A DNA stretch of 64,000 bases from Selaginella moellendorffii (GCF_000143415.4 NW_003314282.1:593700-657699); one strand, 5' to 3'; counted from the stretch's first letter, positions 36,201-49,843 are shown. The notes: a model not told the origin generated them from the sequence alone. A program made the numbers and translations.

Positions 36201-38060
36201 CCAAAACCATCATTCTGGGGAGTGATGATTCCGATTCAACCTTTGCTCCTCCTCGGTCTCCCACGTACTCGTGTTGCTCTCTCGATCGACTGATCCTTGA
36301 TGGTTGAAACAAGGAGAGGATTCGCAGGAAGGTCCGTCCTGGCCGTGCTTTAAAAGATTTCCATGCCTCGGACGTACTTACTTGGAGGAATGAATGCTCT
36401 ATGCAGGCAGGGGCAAGCAAACAAGGATCATTTTGGCACATGAAGTGCGTTTAGCTTTAACTCCGGTTGCCAGATCCTCCGAGAATCCTCCAAAGAAAGA
36501 GGTAAAAAAGAGTTTTTTTTCTTTTCCTAGGCAGGAAAAAGCGAGTTATTCTTCCTTTTTCAGAAGGAAAAAAATAAAATGGAGAGAATAATTTCACTCA
36601 GTTGTTCGTGTGGCAGATCGTCCCATTCATGGCCTCTGTACTTGCTCGCCTATCACGGCTGTTCAAACTCTGCCTTGCTGCTCAGATACGGTATAAATAC
36701 GGGGCTGGCTGCCTGGCGGACACTGTATCAGGTGCGGACATGGATTGGATGTCTAACAAGACAAAAACGTATACACTACGGTCAGTCTGAAGGATTTGGT
36801 TTTTTCTTTTTCCGATGATCTTATCCTCAGCTAAACTCCAAACTTTTCTCGCATGAACATACGAGATCTTTGCGAAAACTTGAGCTTTTCTTGTAAAATC
36901 TCTCTAACTCAAGCCCTTTCTTTTCATTGCAGGAGGAGGGTTCAAAGATTTTGCGAGTACTTTGCCTACGTACCAAGTTGAAACACTCGAAAAACAGGAG
37001 GGGAGGCGTTTGAGACAAGTAAGTGAAGTTATGACCCTTAAGTAGTGCGTGCGTGCGGCGCTTGTTTGTTTGTTTTTGCTTGATTTCACTTGATCGATCA
37101 TAGCTTTTCTCCTGGTTGAGTGTTGCATTATATCCCGCCATGATCGTCTTAAGCTAACCACAGTACTTCCCCTACCTCTCTAGAGAGCTAAGCCAGGTTT
37201 GCTCGTTTCACTTGAATGTAACTCCAGCTTTGCTTGCAGTGCCTGGTTTGAGAGCTTTAATATTATCCCGTCATGATCGTCTCTAGCTAAGAAATCACAG
37301 TACTTGTCCTAGAGCTCCTCGAACTTCCTTCTAAGCTGGAGAGAGAGAGAGAGAGAGAGAGAACTCTAACACTCTTCTTTCCATAAGAGAGCTGCTTAAA
37401 GCTTGGAAGAGAACACACCACCACCACCACCACCACCTGGTTCTAGCTATCTATGATCTATCGCTCCTGCCTGGGATAATGGATGCGAATCCAGAAATCT
37501 AGCAGTCCTGGGTTTGTGCCTATGCAGTAGCCTCCCAACAAAGTCCCCCCAGTCAGTCAGTCACTCACTCACACAAACAAAGCTCCTTGGAAAACTATTT
37601 GTTTGGTGTACTGTCTGGAGTGTCCATGTGTTTGCTCTTGGCTGTGCCTCTTTTGCCTGTGATCAGACTGCGCTTTGAAAGCCTCTTTTTGGATGGAAAC
37701 TTGGACGAGTTTGGAGTGCGTGATCGTTTGAGAATCACTTGTTTGGTGGTGTCCCATGTGAAAATGTGGGGTCTTCTTCCATCTCTGAGCTGATACTTAC
37801 AACCTGAGAGCTCTCTGAAGAGCTTCTCTCAGTTTTCCTTTTGCAAAAATATCCTTTTCCGAAAAAACAATTGCTTTTCTTGCATGGAGATGCCTTCTCT
37901 GAGCGGATGTTGTCCGAGTGCTCAGCTTTTTCCTAACTTCCCGTAAGCGCTGTTCTTCCAGTCGGCTTATAGTTCTCTCCAGGAACAGCAAGCTTTTTAA
38001 GTGGAACTTTGGTTCGACTTAATCAACCTGCGATGAGTGGAAGCCCCAGAGCTTGGATCA

Positions 38061-38135
38061 GTGTGTGTGTGTGTGAGTGAGTGAGAGAGAGAGAGAGAGA
38101 GAGAAAGAGAGTGAGTGTGAGTGAGATTGAGAGAG
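38061..38135. repeat. Compound GT/GA microsatellite (other GA/CT tracts near 34991, 37339, 40397, 57519, 60223)
   Basis: Directly visible dinucleotide runs in promoter/UTR regions. Confidence 0.85.
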
Positions 38136-38729
38136 ATACCCCTGGCTTCTCTCAATACTATGCTGTCCCTCTCCGCTAGAAAATCTAAGAGGTCTCCTCA
38201 CTCTCTCTATCGCTGCTCTTGCTTGCTATACCTCTCCTCTCTCTCTCTCTCTCGATCTTCTTCTTCTTCTTCCTCTGAGTAGCAATGTTTCAAACTCACA
38301 GTGACCTTCTACACGGGCCTGTGTATATAATCATCGTCTCTTTCTCTTTCTCTCCTTTTCTTTGTTGCCTTCTTCTTCTTTGTCTTCCATCTCTCTTTCG
38401 CTTTTCCAGGCAGTGAAAGTGGCCCTCTTCTGATGAATACCGCCAATTCTTTCGACGATCAACCATGAAAACTCGCTCTCTCCTTCTCTCCCTCTGGGAT
38501 TAAGATTGGCTTTTTCTTTTCTAGATTTCGTAGAATGATTACCCGGCCGAGTGGTATACGTTTGGAACCTCTCCAGCTGAATTCCACTCACGCTTGAAAA
38601 CCAAGTTCGTCTAGTGCTAGAACTTTTGGTTGCTTCATCTCTACTGCTGCTTCCCTGCCTCACAGCAGTATACTTCCTTCCTAGGTAGAGAAGCTCTCCT
38701 CTTTGGATTGTTTTCTTCCTCTCTCCTCG

Positions 38730-39995
38730 ATGGAATTCTCAAGAGATTTTGGTTATGTTCCAGCAGCAGGAGGCGATCACGAGAGAATTTTTTCGTATCA
38801 GCATCATCACTCGGAGGAGGAGGAGCATGATCACCACAGCCGCCTGAGAGTGTTCTTGCCGAGCTGCGCCGCCGACTCATACGTTTCTTCCTCCTCTACT
38901 GCCGCCGCCGCTGCTTCCACGGCCGCGCACAACGATTCCTCCTCGGGTTGGCAGACTATGCTCGTCCACAGCCGGCCGCAACAGCAGCTCCTCAACATCT
39001 TTCCCGATCACCACGACGATCACTGCGACCAGCTTGGAGCAGCAGCAGCAGTGGAGATGGAGCACAATCAAATGCGTTTCCACAGCAACGTGGAAACGAT
39101 CCAAAGCTACCATGGTTTCCAGCACCACCACCAGGTCTACGATCACCACTACGCTCCTCCGGACGAATCGATCTATCACAACAACAGCAGCAGCAGCACG
39201 ACGAGCAGCACCACCGTGAGCTATCACCGCGATCAATCATCTCACGAGGAGGAGCTCCTGATCAAGCCGGGAGGAACATATGGTCAAGGAGGGGCTCATC
39301 ACCAAGCTCACCACTTCTCGTCCCTGTATCAATACGAGCATCTCTTCTACAAGGTGGTGACTCCCAGCGATGTCGGCAAGCTCAATCGATTAGTGATCCC
39401 CAAGCAGCACGCCGAGCGCTGCTTCCCGCTGGATCCATCGCTCCGCAAGAAGGGACGCTTCCTCTCCTTCCAGGAGTCCTTCACTGGGAAAGTGTGGTGG
39501 TTCCGCTACTCGTACTGGAACAGCAGCCAGAGCTACGTCTTCACCAAAGGATGGATTCGCTTCGTCAAGGAGAACAAGCTCAAGGCCGGAGACATCGTCT
39601 CGTTTGAGAGAGGATCGTCCAGGCACGAGAATTTCTACATCAGTTGTAGGAAGCGGCCGAGAACTCCATCGGATGATCCGGGCACTGTCTCTACTCCTGC
39701 CGATCCCGCGCTTCTCCAGATGCTGTCATCGAGCCAGCAAGATCATGACGATCACTCCCCGCAAAAGTACGAGTTTTTCCACAAGGAGGAAGATCACGAA
39801 GAGGACGAGGAGATGGACGTGGATCGAGAGGAGGACGAGGACGACAATGTCACGGGCTCTACATCTTCGTCCCAGCAACACCAGCAAGCCATCAAGCTCT
39901 TCTCCTCGTCTTCCTCGTCGTCGACGCGATTGTTTGGAGTGGATCTGGCCGCCATGTCCACCACATACTGCTGTTCTTCAGCGGAATCCACCTGA
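38730..39995 (+). CDS. RAV-family B3 transcription repressor, NGATHA-like paralog, intronless
   Basis: Same B3 signature ([17 protein letters not shown]) and RLFGVDL. First ATG at 38730; His/Ser-rich N-terminus. Confidence 0.9.
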   Translation: MEFSRDFGYVPAAGGDHERIFSYQHHHSEEEEHDHHSRLRVFLPSCAADSYVSSSSTAAAAASTAAHNDSSSGWQTMLVHSRPQQQLLNIFPDHHDDHCDQLGAAAAVEMEHNQMRFHSNVETIQSYHGFQHHHQVYDHHYAPPDESIYHNNSSSSTTSSTTVSYHRDQSSHEEELLIKPGGTYGQGGAHHQAHHFSSLYQYEHLFYKVVTPSDVGKLNRLVIPKQHAERCFPLDPSLRKKGRFLSFQESFTGKVWWFRYSYWNSSQSYVFTKGWIRFVKENKLKAGDIVSFERGSSRHENFYISCRKRPRTPSDDPGTVSTPADPALLQMLSSSQQDHDDHSPQKYEFFHKEEDHEEDEEMDVDREEDEDDNVTGSTSSSQQHQQAIKLFSSSSSSSTRLFGVDLAAMSTTYCCSSAEST

Positions 39996-42900
39996 TCCAC
40001 ATCCAAAGGTGGGATTTTGAGACAATGGGTCGGTGGATCGATGCATTGGGTCTCGTGGGTCGTGGCTCAATTCCCCGCTAGCGTCTGGAGGGAGCCGAAT
40101 TGCAGCGACAGAGATTCGAGAATGTTGGTGTTTTTCTTTGCTGTTTATGGAGAACTCCGTTGGTTGTTCTTGGCTTGTCTTGGTTTTGGGCTCCAATTCC
40201 AGCGTCCAATTCCTTTCTCGTTTTCGTGCTTGTCAATGGAGAGGAATTGAATTGAATGAGCGGCCATTATGCTCCAGATGTGTTGCGCGGAGGAATAGAA
40301 TATTTCATACTATGCACGTGGAATCACGAATTGATTCCTTCTTCTCCTTCCTTTCGCCCATCCCATGGAAGGAAGAAACTTAAAGACGCGCTTAATCTCT
40401 CTCTCTCTCTCTCTCGCCAGTAGCGCTAGTAGTATAGTACGTGAGAGCAGAATCATTCCTTTATTCTCCATAGCCAGCGACACATCATCGTATCCAATAG
40501 GGAAAATTTGAAAGGGGAGCTCTCATGGCGATGGCGACGTCAAAACTTACGGCATAGTTTCACAGCGCGAGATATCTTCTATCAGATTTGCGACTTGGCG
40601 AGAGCCAGCTCTTCATCGTTTCTTTCTATTCTCCTCTCAATCTCTCATCCCGCGGGAGATGAGAAGAAAAGATGTCTGTCGAGCCATAAATCTGTGCCAG
40701 CACCAAGAACAAAGAATCAGTCAGCGAGAAGCAACACATTTAGTACTTAACTGTAAGAGCAGCAGCCAAATTCAAAGCTCTACTCCTCCACCGCCATGTC
40801 CTAGACAGCAACAAGTAGCAGCATTTCGACGACGACAATTATCCCTTGCTCCAAGTTGCACAACACAGTTCGTCCTCCTAGTTTAGCTTCTGGTAATGTG
40901 TCGCTCGTCGGTCTCGAGAGCTAGAAAGAAAGAAAGATGGTTAGACGAATGGAGAGAAATCTTAGCATCTTGCGCCTACCTCAAGTCGGACCGGCCTAGC
41001 TCGAGCGAGGAGAAGACCTCGCTATCATAGCTCTGCGACTGCTACACTACTACTCGTCTTTCGTTCTTTCTTTCCTGCTCGCACACTGGCCTCTGACTCC
41101 ACAAAGTAGAGCGCTCCAAGTGCTGCTGTGTGCTTTGTTTGCTGCCATGCAATGCAATGCATGCTCTTACGAGAGGAGTCGAGCTTTTAACCGGTGGCGT
41201 AAGCTCCATTGAGTAAGTGTCCAAGGAAGAGAGCTCGAGCCACCTACGGAAACGCAAAAGTTCGCTTAGCGAGCGAGAGAGAATAAACAACGAAGAAAAG
41301 GAGAGCGCTCTTCTTTACCTCGAGATAACACTGGAGGAGACGAAGGCGGAGGTGTTGTACTAGTCGTGGTAGTCGATTCGGAAGACAGGATATGATTGAA
41401 GGTCGTGATGCGTGCACGTAGCTATATACTTTTGCTGCCGGTACGTTCTTCTCGCTCTTTTCCCCGCTCGCCATTCATATTTATTCAGAGAGTCGCGTGT
41501 GCCTTTGGAGGAGACCTCTTCTCTTCACTTCCTGTTTAGAACCCCACCACCGATGCAAAGCCCCCGTGTGTAGAGCTAGAAAAGTGAGAAAAGCAAAAAA
41601 GTGCTGCTCGCCCTGTAAGTAGCTGCCTGGCTCTACACTAATTCTCAAGCTTGCTTGCCTGCCTGCCTGCCTGCCTCTTGTTGGAGTGTGGAAATGAGCC
41701 GAGTAGCTAGCTCGTAACTCAACTTAGTATTAACTGGTGTTCTCGATTGCTTGCTTCGTCTTGTTCTCTGTGGAGATGAAGAGTCCAACGAGCAAGTAAA
41801 GTAGCGTAGCTTCGCAATCATGGCAACTGAGAGCTCTAACTTTCAATCCACCCCATTGCACTTGCACTGACACAAACCGAATAAACTCTCGTCCCCAAAA
41901 ATCACCAGGCTTGCTTTTGTGCAACAAACAAACTGGAACCATGGAGCACGCGAAAAGCATCCTGAATCATGTCGGCTTTAGACCCGGGTTTCGCAAGCAA
42001 AGAAAGTGCAACCTGAGCCACACTGTCTGGTCGTGTTGTATAGTTCTCTGAGCACTCCCCCAAAGTTTTTAGTTCTTCTCTCCTCCCCTTTTTATTACTT
42101 CCGCTGTTCTTCCTCCTTGTCTGTAAGTATAGTATATTTTTCCTCGGCCTTGCCTTACCCTGCCTGCCAATCTGAGCTATCTACAGAGGTGCCCCCCAAG
42201 ATCTCTTGAGCAAATCCAAGCTCCCGGAAGTCAAGGACCGCAGACGACCGTTGACGAACTCCTGGACTTAAAAAACCTGTGAAGAGTTTCCACTGTTGGT
42301 GCACGTGACGTGAACACGTATCGTAACTTGAGCCACTTTGTTCCGTAAGCTAAGAGCTACTTAGCGTGCCTGCCTGCCGACAGAAGTCCAAGTAGCTAAA
42401 AGCCATTTGGTCGCTTCTCATCCCCTTCTCTTTAGATCACTTAAAAGAATCCCGAAAAACTGGCCCTGCTTGATCCTTGAGCTCTTCCACCCAGCAGACT
42501 TTCCTGTGTAGCTTAAGCAGTAGCCTGCCCTGCTCGAACGGAAAACGGACGTGCGAGAAAAAAAAATCCCCCCTCCCGGAACCCCTGCTGTGGCCGTAGT
42601 AAGTTGCAAAGTACGTCCAAGACCTGTCCACATTGTCCTCACCTGACTTTCAACACCGCAGCTAGCTAAGCTCTCATCCATCATGGCTACTGCCTGCCCT
42701 TTTGTGGCTCCTCTCATTTCTGCAGGTAAAACTTAAAAATCAGCCGCATAGCCACGAATCATCACCTCACTTGCCTTCTCTCGCATCGCTCTGAATCCGT
42801 CCGTTCCCCCCAGCCCCACTTCTCCCTCCCCCTCTCTCTAGTATAAACTCATCAGCACCACGCTGCCATTAAGAAAATCAGTCAGAGACGCCAAGCAAAA

Positions 42901-43287
42901 GCGACCACCACACACACACTATACCTCCACTGACTAACTGCATTTTGGCCATCCCCGCGCTCTTCTCATGATCACTCACTTCGCTATCGCCGCTTCCAGC
43001 ATAACTCTGACCATTTCCATCGATGGCCAAGATCTTCCTCTCCCACTTGCTGCTTCCTGCAAAGCCAGTATGACGACGAATCAGACCGCCTTTCTGTGAG
43101 AAGAAAAAAGAAAAGCAAGTTCTTTCGATCTTACTTACGACTGAAAGTGCTTTGCTAGTTCTCCTTGCGAATCGGTTCGACTGTAACGCGGAACGCCTGA
43201 GCAAGAGTTGCGTAACATACTGAGACATCACGATTGGTAAAACAAGAAACTGGAGCGCTTTTGAGTACCTGGATCCAGCACAGCGTA

Positions 43288-46200
43288 CTATATCTTCGCC
43301 ATAGTAACCGTAGCTGCAATCCAAACGTGGATCGCGATCCAGTACACAATAAGTGACAACCGGGCAACAGGCTGCCTCATAAGAAGTCTGCCAGCCGAAA
43401 TACTGCCAGGAAAAGCGGAAAGCTCAGCAAAAAAATATTAGACAATTTGTTCCATACCTTAATTCATCAACCCGGTCACCAATGTGATGGCTAGCTTTGG
43501 GAAGGAACCGTATCATTCCAAGAGACTTAAAGGCGTTTCCTAAATGTCCTTAGATGTTAGAAAATATGATATGAGGACTTTTCAAAGCTTCGTTACCTTT
43601 CTCCTCAATTTCCATAGTCTGTCCGGCATCCATATCTATAGCAACTTGGTCTCCAACGACCATTTTCTTCTGTGCTCGTATATGTGGAGCACTCGGTACA
43701 GTCATATGCTTTGGTTGTTCCTGCAAACAATAATCAATATCCAGCTTACAAATTTCAACTGCAACAGAGTACGTACCAGCTCCTCGATCTCGCTCACGGA
43801 AGGTACCGGCAAAAACTTGTCTTTCAATTTTTGCAACTCCGAATCCTTTGTCTTGATGCTAAGTTGAAGGTTCTCGTTTTCATGCAGTAACCGTTGAACT
43901 TGAGCATCTAGCAAATCAACAATTTCTTTCGGTTCGGATAGTAGCTGCTCCCCTCGTTGTCCAACAGCAGCCTTTGCAGTCAAAGCTTTCAGACTTCTTT
44001 CCAACTGCATCGAGTTTTCGGTTCTCTGCTTCAAGTCGTTTTGAAGAATTTCGACTTTCTGATTAAGAGCAGTATGTTCAGCATGGCGGCTGTCCAGATT
44101 CATCTGAAGTCTTTCAATCTCAGCAAGCATCGCTTCGCACTGCTGTTGCAGTTCCTTGAACTTGTTCACAGTAAATGTGAGCTTTCCAACAGCCTTGTTG
44201 CGTGACGTTTCCATGTTGTCCATTGCCAAGTGATTCTGCTCTATCAGAGTCTCGAGTTCTTCAACTCGGTCTGTAAGTTCTTCGAGCTGCTTGAATTTCA
44301 AGTCACTCTCACGCCGCAGCGACTCGATTTCTGGGAACAGACACAGTCACTAACAAGCACGAGAGCTATCTGAAATACTAAAAAGTACCTCGATCTTTGG
44401 AGGATATTTCCAGCTGATATGAAAGCAAATCCTGCTCCTTTGTCTCTAAAGCTTCTGTCGTTTCCTTTCTCCGAGATGCGATTTCCGTTAGAATTTCATG
44501 TAAAAGCTGCTTAATGATGGACGCGCTCTCAAGAATAACAGCAAGCTCAATATCTTGAGCACCTTTCATGAGCTCGAAGCCTGTCTTGAACATTTCTGAC
44601 GTGTTCATTGAAGCTGGTTTAAAAAGACGAACCTGCAAAATAATCAAGAAAATAACCACATGAAGCAATTACACGACTTAGCTCGTACCTTGTCTTCGTG
44701 ATCATCCCAGCTTGATGGTTTCTTTGAAAACACCTTGGTATCCCTGTCAAGCCAAAGGAGCTGCTGAAGTGATGCTAACAACATATCCACATCTGTCAAA
44801 GTCGCCAACTTCTTCGCAAAATTTTCCGATTGAAGCGCAAGGATTCTTGTAAGATCTTCCGTTGCAGAAGACAGCTCTTTCTGAAGCCTGTTGTTTTTCT
44901 CTTCCATGGTGATCAAAGAGGCTGTTAAACGAGTTTCACTCGCCTCGAACTCCTTTAATCTTGCGGCTTCCCGTTCCAACTCCAGCCATGCGTGTCTCTT
45001 AGACTCCTCCAGCAGCTGTTTCTCTTCAAGTGTTTCGGCACATTTTCGTCTCAGAACGTTTAACTCCGCAGCCAACTTCTTCTCCCTGGCACACGATTCT
45101 TGAAGTAAAGTCTTGCAGGAATTTATTTCCTCTTGCTTCGAGCATGCTCCAATTTCCATCCCTAGAATAGTAGCTTTCAGGGCTTCCTGCTTTTCAACCG
45201 AGGACTTCTGGATGCTCTCCACTTGCAAGAGCTTTTCTTTCACAGACGCTTCCAAAGCACTAAGCTGCTTGTTCGAACGTTCAAGTTCTTCCGACTTCTG
45301 AGCTAGCAGCTGCTTTAAGTCATCCCGCTGCTGAGCCACGCCTTTCCCTTTCTTAACCGCGAGGCCCAGCTTTTCTCTCACTGTTGCCAGTCTTTGCTCT
45401 GATTCCGCCATCCCTCGCTGGAAACGATCCATTGCAGAATCCAGCTCCTCTTTTATCTGCTTCACTTCGAGAACTACGTGGTTCTTTTGGTCTTGTAAGT
45501 TCTTCATCTCCTCTGTTCTGCTCGAAAGCTCAGCTTGCAGCTCCAACTTTGAGTCCTCCAAAAGTTTCTGCTGCAGTAGAAGTTCCTCGTTCGTCTTAAC
45601 GCTCGCAGCGAGCGTAGCAATGAGAGTGCTGACGCAGTGATCGAGTTCCGTAAATTCCTCACTTTCTGCAGTAGTGCTCGTGGCCATCTCGTCCAACAAA
45701 ACGCTTGACAGCCTCACCCGCAAGCCATGCAGCTTCGCTTCAAATTCGCCAACCTTCATTTCCATCGACTGCCGGTCCGTTTTTTCTTGAGAAAGGATTC
45801 TCTCGAGCTTGCTGTATTCTGATCTTGACGTTTCCAAAGTTTGAAGTGCATTGTCCTTCTCCAACGTTAGGCTTTTCAGCTCTTCCTTCAGAAGCGCAAT
45901 CTTCTCTTTCGATTTCATCACCTCTGTCTCTGCACCCGATGCGCGTTCTCGAGTCTGTAAGAACTCGCCAGCGAACAAGTTCCCCTTTACGGCAGGGTTA
46001 AGTTTTTCGAAGTCCACCGGGACGATCCAAGCGGTGGAAATGATGTCCCCTATTTTCTGTATGCAAGCGTTCTTTTCCTCGCAAGACGTTATGAGTAACT
46101 TTTGCTGCTTTTCGCAATCAGCTAGCTGCTGCTTGCATGCCGAACAAGAAACTTCCAGATCAGCCACTGTCTGCTTCAACGCGTCGCGTTCCTCAGTATG

Positions 46201-49200
46201 CCGCTTACCGCTGCTTGCAGCAATCTGTGCGTCTTTTTCCGCCCTAAGAGCCACTTCTTTGGACTTCTCTAGCTGGAACTGGAGCTGCTCTCGAACTAAG
46301 TTCGCGGTAGCAAGATCCTCCTGCATGACCCGTACTGTCTCAAGTATCTCGGCCTCTTGTTTGGCCATCGACTGAGCGGCGAAGTCTCGCTCCAGTTTCA
46401 CAGAAGTAAGTGTCTCGTCAAGATTGGCGACTCGCCGTCTCAATTCACCACATTCTTTCGAAAGCTCGTCAAACTTATTCTTCGCTTCTTCCTGGCACGT
46501 TTCTAGTTGGAGTCGCAGCTGTTCACCAAGTAGATTGGCTTGAGAAAGCTCGTCCAATAGACTCTGTTCTCGTTCCAGCAAACGAGTGACTTCCGCTTTA
46601 GTCTGATTTGCTGTCACCACGTCCGACTGCTGTTCGAGTCGCAAAGAAGTAAGTTCTTCGTTGAGATCGATTTGCTGTGAACGGAGCCTTTGTAGCTCCT
46701 CTTCACTCTTCTTAACCATGTCGATCAGTGCAAGAACACAAGTTTCCACGGAGGTGTTTTCGCCAGAGTCTTCAATCACATTCGCCACCAATCTTTTCAC
46801 GTTCTCGGTCTGATCCGCAAGCTTCTTCTCCAACAAGCCAAAACCTGACTGTAGCTTCAAGTTGTCCTCGTCTAATCGTTCGGCATACGTCTCATGCAAA
46901 GAAGCCAACTCCTCTAGCTCGCGGACAAACTTTTCCTCGTGAGAAGTCAACCGACTATCCAAAGTGCATAAAGTGTCCAGGTAGCCGTCCTCAAGCCGTC
47001 CAAGCCTTCCAAATGCTATATGAAGTCTAGATTCCAAGACGTCCTTGCCAAGAGCTTCCTTCTCACTGGAGTTGTCAAGTTGTTGTTCCAGACTCCGAAT
47101 CTGCTCTTCAAGAAACCTGCTTCTGTTTTCGTATGAAGATTTTAAACCTGAGTTTTCGTCTTGCAGGTCCTCCACACGTTTCCTCAGGTCTTCTATCATA
47201 TCAGACTTGGCCGTAAGTTCTTTGCTTGAAGACTTCTGAAGCGCCAGGAGCTGATCTTTCAAAGCTTCGAGTTCTACCGTCATCTCCTTCTGTGATTCTT
47301 CCAACGTAACATGCGTAGTCCGAAGTTCAGCTTCACCAACCTTGAGATCTTGCAGAGATGTAAGCTGATCCAAGAGACGAGAATTCTCCGCAACTAGCGC
47401 ATCAACCTTTCCCCGAATAATTTTTTCCTGCTCCTCCGTGCTCTCAACACGTTNNNNNNNNNNNNNNNNNNNNNNNNNNNNNNNNNNNNNNNNNNNNNNN
47501 NNNNNNNNNNNNNNNNNNNNNNNNNNNNNNNNNNNNNNNNNNNNNNNNNNNNNNNNNNNNNNNNNNNNNNNNNNNNNNNNNNNNNNNNNNNNNNNNNNNN
47601 NNNNNNNNNNNNNNNNNNNNNNNNNNNNNNNNNNNNNNNNNNNNNNNNNNNNNNNNNNNNNNNNNNNNNNNNNNNNNNNNNNNNNNNNNNNNNNNNNNNN
47701 NNNNNNNNNNNNNNNNNNNNNNNNNNNNNNNNNNNNNNNNNNNNNNNNNNNNNNNNNNNNNNNNNNNNNNNNNNNNNNNNNNNNNNNNNCCGCTGCTGCG
47801 CATCACCTTTCCCGAAAATTTTTTCCTGCTCCTCCGTGCTCTCAACACGTTGTTTTTCGTGTTGCAGCTGACTTTCCAAGGATTCAAGCTTGGCTACAAG
47901 ATCTTCTTCCCTCTTTTTAGCATCCTCCAGCTGCTGTTTTAACTCCTGCGATAGAGATGTAAGCTGATATACAAGACGAGAACTCTCCGCTGCTAGCGCA
48001 TCTCCCTTTTCCCGACTAAGTTTTTCCTGCTCCTCCGTGCTCTCAACACGTTGTTTTTCCTGTCGCAGCTGATTTTCCAACGATTCAAGCTTGGCTACGA
48101 CATCTTCTTCCCTCTTTTTAGCATCCCCCAGCTGTTGTTTTAACTCCTGCGATAGAGATGTAAGCTGATCTACAAGACGAGAATTCTCCGCTGCTAGCAC
48201 ATCTCCCTTTTCCCGACTAAGTTTTTCCTGCTCCTCCGTGTTCTCAACACGTTGTTTTTCCTGTCGCAGCTGATTTTCCAACGATTCAAGCTTGGCTACG
48301 ACATCTTTTTCCCTCTTTCTAGCATTCTCCAGCTGTTGCTTCAAATCCTGGCAGTCTGCTACCATTTCCATCTGACGAGCTCTTGCTTCCTTGTCCAGTA
48401 CCGTCAGTTGATCCAAGAAACGAGCTTTCTCATCTCCTAGTCGACCGATCTCCTTGTCACGTTGGTCGAGCTTCGTTTCATTGTCTATCTTCAGTTGATC
48501 GAGCTGAGCTTTAACGGATTGAAGCTCACGAAGGCTTTCTCCTTCCCGTTTCTCGGCATCGTTTAGCTCCTGCCTCAGATGCTGGATGCTGGCTTCCAGA
48601 TCTTGCATCTCAAATCGACAACCATCGAGCTCGTCAACTTTTTGAGACAGTGCTGCAAGCTCCGCCGACAGAGAATCTCTTTCCTCTGTTACCCTGAGAA
48701 CCTCCTGTTCACGACTACGAAGTCTCACCATGTCCTCCTCAATGGCCAGATTTTTGGCTGCGATCACCTCTCTGTGCTCCTCACGTTCACTAGCGACCTG
48801 GGTTTTCAATCTCGCCAGTTCTTCCGCAGAAGCAGACAGGCTTGATTCTACCACGCCTTTCTCCCCTTCTAGCTCTTCCACTCGAACTCTTAAGTCCTGT
48901 AGTTCCCTCTCCTTCTCTTTTGTCCCCTCTTTGATCATCCTGACATTGTCCAAGACGCTGCCCGACAGCGAACTAGTCTGAACTTCTTCTATGTCGGCTG
49001 CCTCGCTTCCTAGGAGAGAGATTAGCCGCTCGAACTCAGCGACAGTTCTCTGCATAGCTTCTTCAGCTTCCTGACGTGACGAAGCAAGAGCTGAATCCAG
49101 GCCTGTTTTTTCCGAGACACAGCTCTCGAGCTGCACCGTCATTGCACGTAGCTTCTTCTCTTCATCCAAAAGAACGGACCGAAGCCGCGTGTCCAGTTCC

Positions 49201-49843
49201 TCAACTTTCAGCGAGAGACTGTTTCGTTCGGCAAGAACCTGTTCCTTTTCCTGCTTTGCAACCCGTATATCTTCGTGCAGCTTTTCCAACATCTCATGCG
49301 ATCGGCCGTGTTCCAATACATCCTACCACAAAAACCGTGTTGGAAATGGCCGAAAAACAAAAGTCCTGAGCTACCTGACTTTGTAAATCCATGGAGGTAG
49401 AATCCTTTTGTACAGGCTCCAATCGATCCTGCCATCACTTTCTCAGTAAGAATCACATACGCAAGAGGAACAAAGAGAAAGTCTACCAGATTTTGTGAGT
49501 CGAGAATTTCGGGTTCTTCGTTCTCGTTCTGCGAAAAAATAAACGATCACACATGAAACATGCCTTGCCTTTCGATTAACTCTACCTGGACAGTGCCGCT
49601 CTCATCCTTGATCGCCGATCCAGACTCCTCGCCAGTAGCGGCAACAGCAGCGTCCGCATTCTTCGATTCCACTCGCTGCTGCTGTCGCTTCAATCGAAAT
49701 TCCTCCAGCTAGAACAAAACACTGACAAATCAAGAGCTGGATTTCAGAGAAATCCAATGCGAGGGACGACCGATCGCCGATCTCAAACATACCCGCTTCT
49801 TCCCGGCCGCGCGCAAGCTGTCCTTGCTCCTCGACGCGTCCAT
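43288..49843 (-). CDS. Long coiled-coil tail-anchored protein, TNO1/At4g31570-like (multi-exon, spans an N gap)
   Basis: N-terminus MDASRSKDSLRAAGKKR|LEEFR. Family motif EQRLATVREKLGLAVKKGKGVAQQRD. C-terminus FKSL...DRVDEL|...LMRQPVARLSLIVYWIAIHVW (TM anchor), stop at 43288-43290. Confidence 0.85.
47345..48345 (-). repeat. In-frame coding tandem repeat, 201 bp (67 aa) unit
   Basis: The CTCTCAACAC landmark recurs at 47441, 47839, 48040 and 48241 (as TTCTCAACAC at the last). The array is interrupted by a 336-N gap. Confidence 0.88.

Noticed and set aside
37125-37315. Imperfect ~55-bp direct repeat in the B3 intergenic region
   Set aside because: A real local duplication, but nothing indicates function.
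42878-43324. 148-aa ORF as the C-terminus of the coiled-coil gene
   Set aside because: The family-typical TM tail stops at 43288 in another frame. This region is more likely a 3' UTR with an intron.
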